Source of the DNA: a virus
Virus record (IMG/VR): IMGVR_UViG_3300028415_000003
Coordinates: 6,814 to 70,813 of that record
DNA length: 64,000 bases
Strand: one strand, 5' to 3'
Shown: positions 52,543 to 62,340 of the stretch, in pieces
How the letters are laid out: each line of letters opens with the position of its first letter
Numbering within the stretch: the first letter of the stretch is position 1
Made by a program: the position numbers and the translations under genes
Notes under the pieces: model-generated
Told to the model about the DNA's origin: nothing
What the model saw: only the letters and a program-made list of their open reading frames with translations
The model's database searches: none

Positions 52543-52687
52543 AAAAATGCTACGGAAACACACTCATCAGCTTTGCTGTGGGTGTGAGGAAAGTAGCTAC
52601 CCCTTTGTTAAAATTAATTATTTCCTTCAAATAATGTTCTAAGTTCTAAAACCTAACCTATCGCTTTTGCGTAGGTGGGTAGTTTAT
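52543..52687 (+). mobile_element. 145-bp miniature IS200/IS605 derivative (LE + RE, no gene)
   Basis: LE-like GCTACGGAAACACACTCATCAGCTTTGCTGTGGGTGTGAGGAAAGTAGC hairpin; RE-like ACCTATCGCTTTTGCGTAGGTGGGTAGTTTAT; removal restores the ATGA overlap of the flanking genes. Confidence 0.72.
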
Positions 52688-53085
52688 GTTTTTTTCCATT
52701 TGAATAATCCTTTTGGTTTTTTTCCTGAATATTCAAAGTGTTTGGTTGCGCAGCGTATGCATAGTTGTTTGGTGATTGATATCCGAATTTTTTTTACATT
52801 GTAAAATATAGATCGGTATCCACATTTTTTGCAATTGTATGCTACAAAATAGCCTTTAAGGTATTCTTGTAGTAAATTTTGTAACCTATCTCTTCCTATA
52901 GTTCTGTTCAGAATCTCTTTATGAGGAATAGAAACATCTAAATTTCTCAGCTTAACAGCTTCTCCAATTTCATTTATGATCTCGGTATTAGATTGTTCAT
53001 TCAGGAACATTAAAAGGTCACGCTTTACACTTTCAGGCAATTCATGGAAATCGTTTTCAATTTCTATATGCTTATAATAGTACAT
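52684..53085 (-). CDS. Hypothetical Zn-ribbon protein
   Basis: CKKC and CIRC pairs. Confidence 0.55.
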   Translation of the reverse strand: MYYYKHIEIENDFHELPESVKRDLLMFLNEQSNTEIINEIGEAVKLRNLDVSIPHKEILNRTIGRDRLQNLLQEYLKGYFVAYNCKKCGYRSIFYNVKKIRISITKQLCIRCATKHFEYSGKKPKGLFKWKKT

Positions 53086-53098
53086 GATTGTAAGTTTT

Positions 53099-53135
53099 AA
53101 AAAAAAAGCTATAACATTACACTATAGCCTTTTTT
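53099..53135. terminator. Putative terminator hairpin
   Basis: A-run-GCTATA...TATAGC-T-run downstream of the 53140 gene. Confidence 0.5.
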
Positions 53136-53139
53136 AGGT

Positions 53140-54033
53140 TTATGACAAGAAAGATTTTGAAATAAAGTGGCCTAAGCTGTGATTAGCTTGGAATATTTCA
53201 TTCATGGTAGTAATTCCAGGTTTGTAAAGCTCTGTTCCCAAATTGTAAATCTGATACAGGTTAGAAACTTGCTCAGGATTTTCATCGTATTTTTCAATGT
53301 AGGATCCGACTACCTTATTCACCTGTGATGAATTCAACGGTGGTACGCCATCATACTTGAGACTGGCATTGTTTTTCTTCACCGCATACATGGTAAGCCA
53401 TCCGGCCAGTTCTGCCATGTCACGCTGCGTGAATGGCGTGTTGATCATCTTTTGAAGCATTTCCTGATAATACAAGCGCTTTTGCTCAAAGTCCTTAATC
53501 CATCCAGAAAGGGTATCGAACATATTCTTCAGTGGGGTCTTATTTGGTCCGTAAGACATAAGCAAATCACCACCCATGAGGCACATATTTTGGCATATGT
53601 GGACGTTTGCGCCAAAGGCTATCTCTACACCGTTCTGGTGGAAGTTAAGCCCTACAGCCGTATTTGTGAGCTCGTCACTCATGTCGTTAATGACAAAGCG
53701 GGTAAGTACTCTCCGGAAAAGAATATTCTCAATAGGATATTCTTTATCCTGATAGATTTCTTTGTTTTTCATGATGGAAATACCGGGCATGATTTTGCTT
53801 CTGTTGTTGGCTGCATAAATCGGATCTAATTGAAAGTTCATGTTGTGCTTATCCAGCACTTCGGATGCCTGGTCAATCAACTCAAAATGGCGGATACCAT
53901 GAATAGGGCGTGATCCGTCAAATGTTTCGTTGATACTGTTTTTCAAATCATTAAAGCTAATAGTATGTAAACTGTTTTGCTTTACCTCTAAGCTTTTGTT
54001 TTTTGTTTGTTGTGCTATTTGAATATCTTGCAT
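53140..54033 (-). CDS. DUF932-like phage/plasmid protein
   Basis: 'AFGANVHICQNM' and 'NLYQIYN..TE' resemble the DUF932 family. Confidence 0.55.
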   Translation of the reverse strand: MQDIQIAQQTKNKSLEVKQNSLHTISFNDLKNSINETFDGSRPIHGIRHFELIDQASEVLDKHNMNFQLDPIYAANNRSKIMPGISIMKNKEIYQDKEYPIENILFRRVLTRFVINDMSDELTNTAVGLNFHQNGVEIAFGANVHICQNMCLMGGDLLMSYGPNKTPLKNMFDTLSGWIKDFEQKRLYYQEMLQKMINTPFTQRDMAELAGWLTMYAVKKNNASLKYDGVPPLNSSQVNKVVGSYIEKYDENPEQVSNLYQIYNLGTELYKPGITTMNEIFQANHSLGHFISKSFLS

Positions 54034-54053
54034 AATAACTCATTTTTAAGATT

Positions 54054-54875
54054 TTAATAAATAATTTTTGCTGTTTGTTTTTCCATGGCCTTCGTGCATG
54101 ACCCGTCTGTTTTAAGAGGGCATTTGCTACAGTTTTCAGCTGATGGCTTTTCAGTCCATTCCTGAAGTGATTCATGGAAATAAAATTCTTCAATGACTTT
54201 TCTTGTAGTCTCTTTAAATTCTGCTATGTCAGCAGAATTTATTTGCTTTAAGAAAAGTTGATTTTCTTGTTCAGAAGGTTTGTAATCGAATACCCAATAG
54301 AAGAAAGGGATTTGCTTGCCGTAATTTTGCATGAATAACCATGTGTACACATAGGCTTGCAGGTGATCCATGTTCTGTGGATATGCCCAGGCAAAATCGC
54401 CATATGTGGTATACAGGTTTTCAGTAAGTTTTATATCAATCATAGCGAGTGGAACCTTTACGATCTCACCGGACTCACTATCTACATAAGAAATACCGCT
54501 AAACAAGTCCACCGTTCCTTCAATAATCACATTTTCATCATCCGGCCATTTAGCCGAAAGTTTGACTTGTGTCTGCTCAGGTTTTACTTCGATTTCATGA
54601 AGGTCTTTTAGCCTGTCAAAACGGAATATCTGATCATCAATACGCTTGTGATGTGCCGAACGGCTGCCATTCTTTAAGCGTGGTAAATCTGTTACTGCCT
54701 CTCCATGCGCTACACCTCCAATAGTGTTCGTTTCAAAATACTGTCCTCTCAGCATGGCTTCAGAAGTGATATCATATTTCTTGTCAATGTAGACTTCTTT
54801 GACTTTACGAGGACAGTAGTTAAGAAGGTCGCCCTTCTTAACTACTTGTTTGATTAATGATTGTGATAGTTTCAT
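54054..54875 (-). CDS. Cas4/RecB-like PD-(D/E)xK exonuclease
   Basis: YCPR near the N-terminus; GTVDL, IDIK, QAYVY; C-terminal CSKC...C (1+3 Cys, Fe-S pattern). Confidence 0.78.
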   Translation of the reverse strand: MKLSQSLIKQVVKKGDLLNYCPRKVKEVYIDKKYDITSEAMLRGQYFETNTIGGVAHGEAVTDLPRLKNGSRSAHHKRIDDQIFRFDRLKDLHEIEVKPEQTQVKLSAKWPDDENVIIEGTVDLFSGISYVDSESGEIVKVPLAMIDIKLTENLYTTYGDFAWAYPQNMDHLQAYVYTWLFMQNYGKQIPFFYWVFDYKPSEQENQLFLKQINSADIAEFKETTRKVIEEFYFHESLQEWTEKPSAENCSKCPLKTDGSCTKAMEKQTAKIIY

Positions 54876-55669
54876 ATGAATAGATTTTCATCTGATTCTT
54901 CGTTTGATTTTGCTATTGTTTCGGTTTCCTGTTTAGTACCGCCTTGCACATCAGTAAAATTTAATTTTGGATCGATTTCTCGATCCTCTTCAAAAGCTTT
55001 GACGTGTTCAATAACTTTAGCAAGGTCATTCTCTACTATCTTGCCTGGAAACATATCTTTTGGTGATTTCACGGTATTGTCTCCACTGTTCTCAGTCAAG
55101 AAGTAATATTTGTTGAAGCCATTTTCTGAATATTCAACATAGGTTTGGATCACTGTTGTAAAGTTGGATTCCATTTTTATCTTTTCTTTCAGGAGCTTTC
55201 CACCAGGAACAAAGAAACTTGTTTCGTAATTTTCTGTCTCGATATGTGCCATAAACACTACAGTCAGATCTTCTCTTAGACCGTCTATCATTTTCACGAT
55301 TTGATAGGTTGTGTTAGCTTGATTGCTGTATTTATCATACCCTTTGATACTGATTTGAGACATGAACATGTCTGTCATCATCAGGGTAAGTGTATCAACA
55401 ATGATAAATTTTATTTCGGGACGCTTGCTGCTGATTGCTTTGATAAGTTTCCAAATGGTATTTGGATCACTGGTCATTGTGTAATTGCTTTGCATGAAAT
55501 CCGGTTCTCCGGCTTCATTTTTCACAATATGAAACTTCTTTCTCCATCCTTTAAAAGGCATGGATTTGCGGTCTACATTGATATAGAAAGATGTTTTCGG
55601 ATCAATGTTTCGTAAACTGAATGTTTTGCCTGTGCCTGATCTGCCCAAGACTAAAATTTTGTCTGCCAT
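54872..55669 (-). CDS. Sak4-like AAA ATPase / phage recombinase
   Basis: GRSGTGKT, IIVDT, FMAH, TVKSP..MF. Confidence 0.8.
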   Translation of the reverse strand: MADKILVLGRSGTGKTFSLRNIDPKTSFYINVDRKSMPFKGWRKKFHIVKNEAGEPDFMQSNYTMTSDPNTIWKLIKAISSKRPEIKFIIVDTLTLMMTDMFMSQISIKGYDKYSNQANTTYQIVKMIDGLREDLTVVFMAHIETENYETSFFVPGGKLLKEKIKMESNFTTVIQTYVEYSENGFNKYYFLTENSGDNTVKSPKDMFPGKIVENDLAKVIEHVKAFEEDREIDPKLNFTDVQGGTKQETETIAKSNEESDENLFI

Positions 55670-55681
55670 AATTCGTTTAAT

Positions 55682-57205
55682 TTAAAAGTTAAAATTTGAA
55701 AAATCGTCCTCTTTACCGGTGTTTCCGGTGTCGGGTGATTCCATTTGATTTAGTTGATTAGAAAAGTCGGGTAGTTTCCGTTCTTTTTCTTCTTTAGATT
55801 TTGGAGGAGCCTCTACTTTTTGAATATCTGTGCTTTTTTTTGGCTTAGAATCGTAATTTATACGTTCCTCAAATTCAAGCTGAAAGTCACCTTTCTCTAC
55901 TTTATCGATAAAGATTTGGCAATTATTTTTCGTGGCTTGTTCTACTATTTTTTCAAGGCTTTCCGGATCAAGTGATTCAGCACGGCCTACCACAATGATT
56001 GGAGCCTTCTGATTCATTTCAATAAGAACACTAATCGCTATTTCCATAATTTTGGAAGTGCTTATTTGATTCTTATTGAAAGGGAGGCCGTTAATTGATA
56101 ATCCATCACTAGTAATCTCAAGACCTTCAACCGGAAGCTTATTCTTCTGTACCAGTAGTTCTTTTTCTTCCCTGGTATTTCGTAGCTTTGTATCTTCCTT
56201 TTTGATTAAGCTGGTATACTTATCAAGTTCATTTTTTTTCTTTGTGAAACTATCTACTCTTTTTAAAGCTTCATTAATTTTGTTGAACTTTATTCGGGTT
56301 GCTTCAACAGCTTTTTCAGCAGTGTCGAATTTCTCTTTATTGAATTTACCTAAAGCATGAAGATCTTCTTCTTTCTTTTTTTTATAAGTGCCGTAATCTT
56401 TTTCGAGTTTTGTAAGACCGGCTTCTTGTTCATCACGTCTTTTTTCCAATGCTTTGATTTGATCGTTAATTTGATCAATCATATCGCTATGTTGTCTTTT
56501 CCGTGATTCATAAGATGTTTGAGCTTTATCAAGCTCACCCTCAATAGTTTCCATATTTTTTTTGTGGATTTTTTGAGCATCCAATTCTTCTTCAGCTTTA
56601 TGCCACTTTTTTTCGTACTTATCGACTTCATTAGCCATCTGTTTTTCTTCCTCAGAAGGTTTTTCGCTTTGAATCATTTTCTCGTATGCATCGGCATTAC
56701 GCTTTAATTCTCTGCGTTGATCGAAAGCTTCCTTTTCTTCTTCCATTGCTTTTCTGAAGCTTTTTTGTATTTCATCAGGTAATAACTTAAGAACTTGATC
56801 TCTTTGCCATCTTCTTCCTTCAGCTGTTTCTGATTTTGCCACAAATTCTTCTGGAGAAAAAGCGTTGTAATTGAAAATATCACGAATCTCGGTAACTTTC
56901 CTGCTGATCTTGCCATTCGGGTAGGCAATTTTGATTTTAGATTTGTCATTTTCGAATTCGATTTTTACGGTATACTTGTCACCGTTGGGAGCTTCAAATA
57001 CGCCTTCTAATGAACCTTCTTTTTCCCCGGTTGTTACAGGAGTGTCTACACTTATTTTGGCTTCCAGTAAAGAAATAATGGCATTAGTAAAGGTTGTTTT
57101 CGCTTTGTTATTACCACCTTTTACATAGATAATGTTGCCGTTAATGGGTGTATTGAGCTCTGTTAACTTTTTGAAGTTTTCTATTTTGATACGTTTTAAT
57201 TGCAT
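55682..57205 (-). CDS. SMC/Rad50-like coiled-coil ATPase
   Basis: Preferred start MQLKRIKIENFKK (57205); variant Walker A GGNNKAKTT; long coiled coil; degenerate signature/Walker B (ISTSK, IVVGRAESLD). Confidence 0.75.
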   Translation of the reverse strand: MQLKRIKIENFKKLTELNTPINGNIIYVKGGNNKAKTTFTNAIISLLEAKISVDTPVTTGEKEGSLEGVFEAPNGDKYTVKIEFENDKSKIKIAYPNGKISRKVTEIRDIFNYNAFSPEEFVAKSETAEGRRWQRDQVLKLLPDEIQKSFRKAMEEEKEAFDQRRELKRNADAYEKMIQSEKPSEEEKQMANEVDKYEKKWHKAEEELDAQKIHKKNMETIEGELDKAQTSYESRKRQHSDMIDQINDQIKALEKRRDEQEAGLTKLEKDYGTYKKKKEEDLHALGKFNKEKFDTAEKAVEATRIKFNKINEALKRVDSFTKKKNELDKYTSLIKKEDTKLRNTREEKELLVQKNKLPVEGLEITSDGLSINGLPFNKNQISTSKIMEIAISVLIEMNQKAPIIVVGRAESLDPESLEKIVEQATKNNCQIFIDKVEKGDFQLEFEERINYDSKPKKSTDIQKVEAPPKSKEEKERKLPDFSNQLNQMESPDTGNTGKEDDFSNFNF

Positions 57206-58199
57206 TGTAGATGTGTTTTTTGATATGATATGAGCTGACGTTTCTCTTGACAAATACACGCTCTGCATAATCTGTAATATCATTGATCCATGTACTGTTT
57301 TTCAGCGTACAGTAACCAAGGATATCTGATAAATGCACTATTGGTATATCGTAAATGTCAACATTTTTTCGCATTCCAAGAACACCGGTTTTGTCATTGT
57401 CGTACATGATAAATAAATACGGTGTCTTTTTCATTAAATCCTTATACAGCCATTGCATAAGGAAAGCAGATTCACTGTTCAGGCTTACACACTTAATTCC
57501 TAGGTGTTCATACATTACAAGAACATCACGGTTCCCACCAATGATTCCAATGGCTGGTTCATGATCATTTAACGCTGAGTACCCGAATACTTCCTTTTCT
57601 GGGTTCATATTGTTTTTGAACTTAGATTTTTTCTCATGGAAAGGAGCATAAAATTTCTGTCCTTTGCCTTCTTGGAATAAGTATATAGGCTTTTGTTTTG
57701 TGGCGTGTGTGACTATGTTTGGATGTTCTTTTAGATGAAACCACTTAATAGGAATTGTATTGTAAACTTTTAGTGTAGAAAGAGAGATACCTGTTTTCCA
57801 CCAAAATTTTGTGTTGTCATTATCCCAATTTGTGGATTTATAAACAAACTCAGTTCTATCAAAGAATTTAGGTTTGGGGAGTTTAGGTATTTTCTTGATG
57901 GGTTTTCTTTTATAGTCTTTAACATCTTCCAAATGGAAATCACTTGCAATAATATCAAGACCATCCCGGAAAGATACCTCATAATAGATCATTACATAAC
58001 CAAAAGCGTCTATAGCTTTAAATGCAAAGTCGTTATAAAGATACTTTCTGGAACGATTTCCATAAAATACATTAGCTGAAGGGTGTTTTTCTTCTCTTAA
58101 CTCAGAAATGAATGCCTTCCCTAATGTAAAATCATGGTTGATGTATTTCCGGAGGATATCAAGTTCATTGATGTGCTCAAGAATATCTTCTTTTTTCAT
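57141..58199 (-). CDS. DNA primase (crAss-like, TOPRIM)
   Basis: SELREEKHPS, YNDF, GNRDVLV, SLNSES, MYDNDKTG. Confidence 0.85.
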   Translation of the reverse strand: MKKEDILEHINELDILRKYINHDFTLGKAFISELREEKHPSANVFYGNRSRKYLYNDFAFKAIDAFGYVMIYYEVSFRDGLDIIASDFHLEDVKDYKRKPIKKIPKLPKPKFFDRTEFVYKSTNWDNDNTKFWWKTGISLSTLKVYNTIPIKWFHLKEHPNIVTHATKQKPIYLFQEGKGQKFYAPFHEKKSKFKNNMNPEKEVFGYSALNDHEPAIGIIGGNRDVLVMYEHLGIKCVSLNSESAFLMQWLYKDLMKKTPYLFIMYDNDKTGVLGMRKNVDIYDIPIVHLSDILGYCTLKNSTWINDITDYAERVFVKRNVSSYHIKKHIYNAIKTYQNRKLQKVNRAQYTH

Positions 58200-58201
58200 C
58201 T

Positions 58202-58966
58202 CTAAAAAGGTAAATCATCTTCTTTATCAGGGCTGGTTCCTATACTGTTCATATCAGCCGAAAAGTTATCGACATTGGAAGGAATACCTTCTTCGTTTTG
58301 ATTGGGCAAGGAAGCGCTTTGATTACGTTTTTTGGCAAGCACTTTCTTTTTAGTAGTTTCACTGATTTTCCAAACCTTGTTTTTTATGCTTTTGTCAAGA
58401 TTTTCAGCTTTTTTGATATCGCCTGTTATCGAAGTTATGGAAGGCATGTACAGCTCAGGAGAAAGAATAAGCCTGTCTTTGTAAACGATTTCACGGTGTA
58501 TGACAATTCCGTAAAATGCTATTTCTCTTCCCTTGAAATGTTCTAATCCTTTAGTAAGAACTGTTGCAATTTCTTCAAGATCGGCTTCTTCATTTTTGAA
58601 TTGAATTTGTTTACCAAAAGCATCATCAATAAAACCATAAAGCTGTTCAAAAGAAATACATTTTGGATCTCCGGTTTCTTTATCTTCAAAGGTAAAGAAT
58701 GGAAATTCCATACGGAAATCAAAATAATTGTTTTTACTGTTTTTCAGGGCTGTATTTAATTTAAGAATAATTTTCTGAACTTTTTTTCTCTCGTCGGTTT
58801 TTTTATCGTTGAACTCAAACGATGTGTGCTCAACGTCAACAATTACAAGTTTTCCAAGTCCTGTAGGAAATTTTTCCTTGTTCATGTTTTGAATGGATTT
58901 CTCTTTAGCTTCTTTACTCTCGCTAATTGTTTTTTCAAGTGCGTTTTTTCTTACATTAATTTTCAT
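58202..58966 (-). CDS. Putative single-stranded DNA-binding protein
   Basis: Acidic C-terminal tail EDDLPF; next to primase and helicase. Confidence 0.65.
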   Translation of the reverse strand: MKINVRKNALEKTISESKEAKEKSIQNMNKEKFPTGLGKLVIVDVEHTSFEFNDKKTDERKKVQKIILKLNTALKNSKNNYFDFRMEFPFFTFEDKETGDPKCISFEQLYGFIDDAFGKQIQFKNEEADLEEIATVLTKGLEHFKGREIAFYGIVIHREIVYKDRLILSPELYMPSITSITGDIKKAENLDKSIKNKVWKISETTKKKVLAKKRNQSASLPNQNEEGIPSNVDNFSADMNSIGTSPDKEDDLPF

Positions 58967-59171
58967 AAGTTTGATTTTTTGTATAAATGTTTTAAACTCG
59001 TTATAAATATTATAGCTAATGAAAAAGACATATTTTTTATTAATCCTTTTCGCATTGATAATTCATAAGCTGTACCAGGCTCTTTATTTAGTTGGTCAAT
59101 AAGTTTCTTTTTTTTCTGATTTTTAAATGAATACGCAATGTCAATTATTTTTTGTACTCTTTGTGCTTTAT

Positions 59172-59230
59172 ATTAGGGAGCATAAAACCCATTCATCACT
59201 TTTGCGTGAAGCCGTGGGTGAGTAGTTCAC
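59172..59230 (+). mobile_element. 59-bp miniature IS200/IS605 derivative inserted in dnaB
   Basis: TTTAT (59167-59171), then GGAGCATAAAACCCATTCATCACTTTTGCGTG (matches the tnpB element left end) fused to GTGGGTGAGTAGTTCAC (right end). Confidence 0.85.
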
Positions 59231-60560
59231 TCCACTCATTAAATTTACAGTATTTTAGGTTTTCTAAATAACGAATTAGACCAAGTTCACTTTCCCTGTT
59301 TTTCGTCACGTCAAGAATAATCAAGTGTTCAAATACATTGTATTTTTCTTTGGACACTCGAAGTTTCTCTGCTATTTTTAAATCAGGAAATAATGAAGGG
59401 CGGTTCATAAGTATAACCTGATTTGCATAATCTGCAATTCGAGAAGATCCCCGTACATCTGAATCTCTTAGTCTGTAACCTTCAGTCATGCGTTTTTTGT
59501 TCTGTGATTCCTTTGTTACGTGGTGAATAACGATAATAATGCCTTTGGTATAGTCACGTAATTCAACCAATTTTTTGGCAATTAAATCATCATTCTCCAA
59601 TTGATGTTTCTTGTCAATTCCACTGACAAGACCAAGGTTATCAATAATCAAAACATTGGCTTTGGTTGGTCTCAAAATACAAAAGCGCTTAAAATCATTG
59701 CATATCTGATAGATATTTTTCGGTTTGGTAATGAACTCTACATCATCCTTATCGTATTGATTGTAAATCGCTTCCATGTCCTTAATATTACGATCAGTTA
59801 AACTGTGATTTCGTGATTGAATTTGGCGTTCTGTTAAATTTAAGTGACTGCTAACAACATTACGAAGAATAGCTTCACCGGATACTTCATAAGTGTGCCA
59901 GTTAATTGCTACATCTTTGTTGTGTTTTAATAAGTTAAAGGCATAATGAATAGAGAATTTTGTCTTTCCTGCCCCTTTTTGAGCAGCAATTAAAATGATG
60001 TTACCAGGACTAGTCGCTATGAAATGGTCAAAGTTTTTGTCTCCGGTTTCTAGGTAAGGCTTTTTTGCTCCAGATGCTTTCATTCGTACATCTTCAAGCA
60101 TAGACTTGAAAGATAATTTCAGTGTTTTTTGATCCTTGCTGTTTAAAGATAAATTGGAAATTTCTGTTTCGATTTTTTGTGTGATTTCGTCAGCAGGATA
60201 TTCTCCAAGCATTTTTTTAATTGTTTGGCTGAGCTCTAAGAGTTTCTTTTCGTTGTAGTTACCAATAATTACTGAGAGGTGATATTGCCATTTATCTTCA
60301 TCCTCATATTCGGTATTTATAAGGTTTTTGAAAATATCAATGTAATCTTCATTACCGCTTGATTCAAAAGCGTCAGTCATTGTTGATAAGCAGATTTCTT
60401 CATCTTGTTCTGAGATTAATTTGTAAATCGCCCAGAACATTGCATTTTTTTCATCCGTAAACATTGTTGCAGTAAGCTTTTTCTCTATAGAATAGTACAC
60501 TGCCAGATGATTAAAGCATTGTTTTAAGATGTTTTTTTCATAATTTTTCTCCTTTACCAT
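59196..60560 (-). CDS. dnaB: Replicative DnaB-like helicase (C-terminus altered by mini-IS)
   Basis: AAQKGAGKT, YEVS, IIDNLGL, DVRGSSRIADYANQVI, KNRE. Confidence 0.88.
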   Translation of the reverse strand: MVKEKNYEKNILKQCFNHLAVYYSIEKKLTATMFTDEKNAMFWAIYKLISEQDEEICLSTMTDAFESSGNEDYIDIFKNLINTEYEDEDKWQYHLSVIIGNYNEKKLLELSQTIKKMLGEYPADEITQKIETEISNLSLNSKDQKTLKLSFKSMLEDVRMKASGAKKPYLETGDKNFDHFIATSPGNIILIAAQKGAGKTKFSIHYAFNLLKHNKDVAINWHTYEVSGEAILRNVVSSHLNLTERQIQSRNHSLTDRNIKDMEAIYNQYDKDDVEFITKPKNIYQICNDFKRFCILRPTKANVLIIDNLGLVSGIDKKHQLENDDLIAKKLVELRDYTKGIIIVIHHVTKESQNKKRMTEGYRLRDSDVRGSSRIADYANQVILMNRPSLFPDLKIAEKLRVSKEKYNVFEHLIILDVTKNRESELGLIRYLENLKYCKFNEWSELLTHGFTQK

Positions 60561-60867
60561 ATAGATAATAATCTAAATATTCATTTTTATCACTTTCCTT
60601 GAAGTCCTGAAGAAATATACGTTTTTCCAGATAATCAAAGAGATCTTTTTTTTTCGTATAGAACTGTTTTTCGCGACCCATATTTCGGCTGTCGATATAC
60701 TCATTATACTCTTTGAATCGCTTTTTAATGAAGTCGAAATCAATGTTGTTACCATCGAGATCTGGAATCCACCCAAGAGCAAATTGCAAAGACGAAAATG
60801 CTTTATCAAAATCGCCAGTCGGATTTATTGGCCATAGTTCTTTATGAAACCGGTCTTTTAAATTCAT
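60538..60867 (-). CDS. Hypothetical protein, possible replication initiator/helicase partner
   Basis: Overlaps the dnaB start. Confidence 0.4.
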   Translation of the reverse strand: MNLKDRFHKELWPINPTGDFDKAFSSLQFALGWIPDLDGNNIDFDFIKKRFKEYNEYIDSRNMGREKQFYTKKKDLFDYLEKRIFLQDFKESDKNEYLDYYLYGKGEKL

Positions 60868-60882
60868 AAGAATTTTTTAGTT

Positions 60883-61116
60883 TTAGTTCAACATTATTGT
60901 TGTGAATACAAAATAGCGGGAAGGATACTTAAACGGAATACTTTTGAATTGGAGATAGTCGCCTTTTTCGTATATAATTTTCCTGTCCAAGATATAAAAC
61001 TGATGTTTATCCAACTCAGGGTTCATACGCAGAAAGTTGTCCAAACTCTCCACGTTTTTTTTCAACTTGAAGACGATTGGTGCTATCACTGTTCCAATTA
61101 ATATTTCGTTTTTCAT
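60883..61116 (-). CDS. Hypothetical protein
   Basis: First ORF downstream of the promoter motif at 61144-61151. Confidence 0.45.
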   Translation of the reverse strand: MKNEILIGTVIAPIVFKLKKNVESLDNFLRMNPELDKHQFYILDRKIIYEKGDYLQFKSIPFKYPSRYFVFTTIMLN

Positions 61117-61143
61117 AGTTTATCTTCTCGCAATTACTTGATA

Positions 61144-61151
61144 CAAATGTA
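61144..61151 (-). promoter_or_regulatory. Bacteroidota -7 element (TACATTTG) heading the replication operon
   Basis: TAnnTTTG consensus ~28 nt upstream of the ATG at 61116. Confidence 0.55.
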
Positions 61152-61164
61152 AAGATAATATTAA

Positions 61165-61494
61165 TTAATTCAATAATTGTAACTCAATATTTATTCCTAC
61201 ATTTCTGTATTTGATATTTCCATCTTTATCTAATCCTGTGATTTTGAAATTGATAAGTTTTACTCTATGAGCAATTACATTTTCTAAGTATTTGAATTGC
61301 AGTTGTCCAATTTCTAATTTCATATTCCAATGTTTTACGGTACATTGAAGCGTATTTAAATCGATTTCAAAAGAAGATCGATCCATTTTATCAGGTAAAA
61401 GAGAAATATCAAATAGGTTAAACTGGATTTTTGTTTTGGAAGTTCCAACCAATTTTGATCGGATAAATGTTCCATTTTCGTTGGTTATTAGCAT
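61165..61494 (-). CDS. Hypothetical protein
   Basis: 109-aa ORF; no recognised motif. Confidence 0.45.
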   Translation of the reverse strand: MLITNENGTFIRSKLVGTSKTKIQFNLFDISLLPDKMDRSSFEIDLNTLQCTVKHWNMKLEIGQLQFKYLENVIAHRVKLINFKITGLDKDGNIKYRNVGINIELQLLN

Positions 61495-61564
61495 TTTTCA
61501 TTAAATTTGATAAATAATTATTGTAAATAAATTGTTATATTAATTAATTTCTAAATAAATTTAT

Positions 61565-61798
61565 ATGGTTTTGCAGGAGAAAAAAGTTATAAGTTACACA
61601 ACATTAGTTAAAACGAGACTTAGCAATGAATACGGAATTGAGCTTGATAGGCGTGCAATTCATCAAACAATTAATTATGCTCTTAAAAATATTGTAAACG
61701 CCATGTACCATTTATGGTTAATCGAAATAAAGAATTATATGTTTATTCGGCCAAATCAACATCGAAGACAGCTAAAGTTGAATCAACTTAAAAGATAG
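61565..61798 (+). CDS. Small basic protein, possibly HU/IHF-like
   Basis: Helix-helix-strand pattern ('IEIKNYMFIRP'); divergent orientation. Confidence 0.35.
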   Translation: MVLQEKKVISYTTLVKTRLSNEYGIELDRRAIHQTINYALKNIVNAMYHLWLIEIKNYMFIRPNQHRRQLKLNQLKR

Positions 61799-62340
61799 TT
61801 GTGATTATTGTAAAGTATGGCTTTCACAATAATTCGGAAGTACAAGATTGTACTTATCCTCTATTAATAGTTAAGAATTAATCTAAACTGTTATATTTAT
61901 GAATTATTTTTCACATTCATAAAATGTAAGCGTTTCATTTACAATATTATCATGTTATTCTATATGTGTTCCGGGGTTGAAAGTGTCAAAAAAAGTTTAT
62001 AACTTCGTATCCTCAAATTACGCTCAGCATCTTTTTCTATTCTTATTCTATATTTTTTCTTTTCTTTTTAATCTTTTAAAAATTCCATTAATTTTCAAAC
62101 TCTCGGAGATAAACGCAGGGAAGGTGTAGTATAAAGCCAAAGCATCTGTATGCATTATATAGTAAATTCAATTGCTTTTTTTATAAATTGTCATATAGAA
62201 ATTATTCAAGCATTATAAAGGATTTGTGTCACAGGTTACATATACTTTGTTGGTTGTGCCAATCAAACTTTCCTGTCCTTCAGAATATACTTTCTCTACT
62301 AACATAACGTGCGCGTGCGCGTATATTAGAATTTTTGAAA

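Noticed and set aside
54054-54875. CRISPR-Cas system suggested by the Cas4-like gene
   Set aside because: No repeat-spacer array or other cas genes seen; the context is a phage recombination module.
59172-59230. Self-splicing IStron explanation for the insert in dnaB
   Set aside because: Only 59 bp, antisense to dnaB, with no group I intron core.
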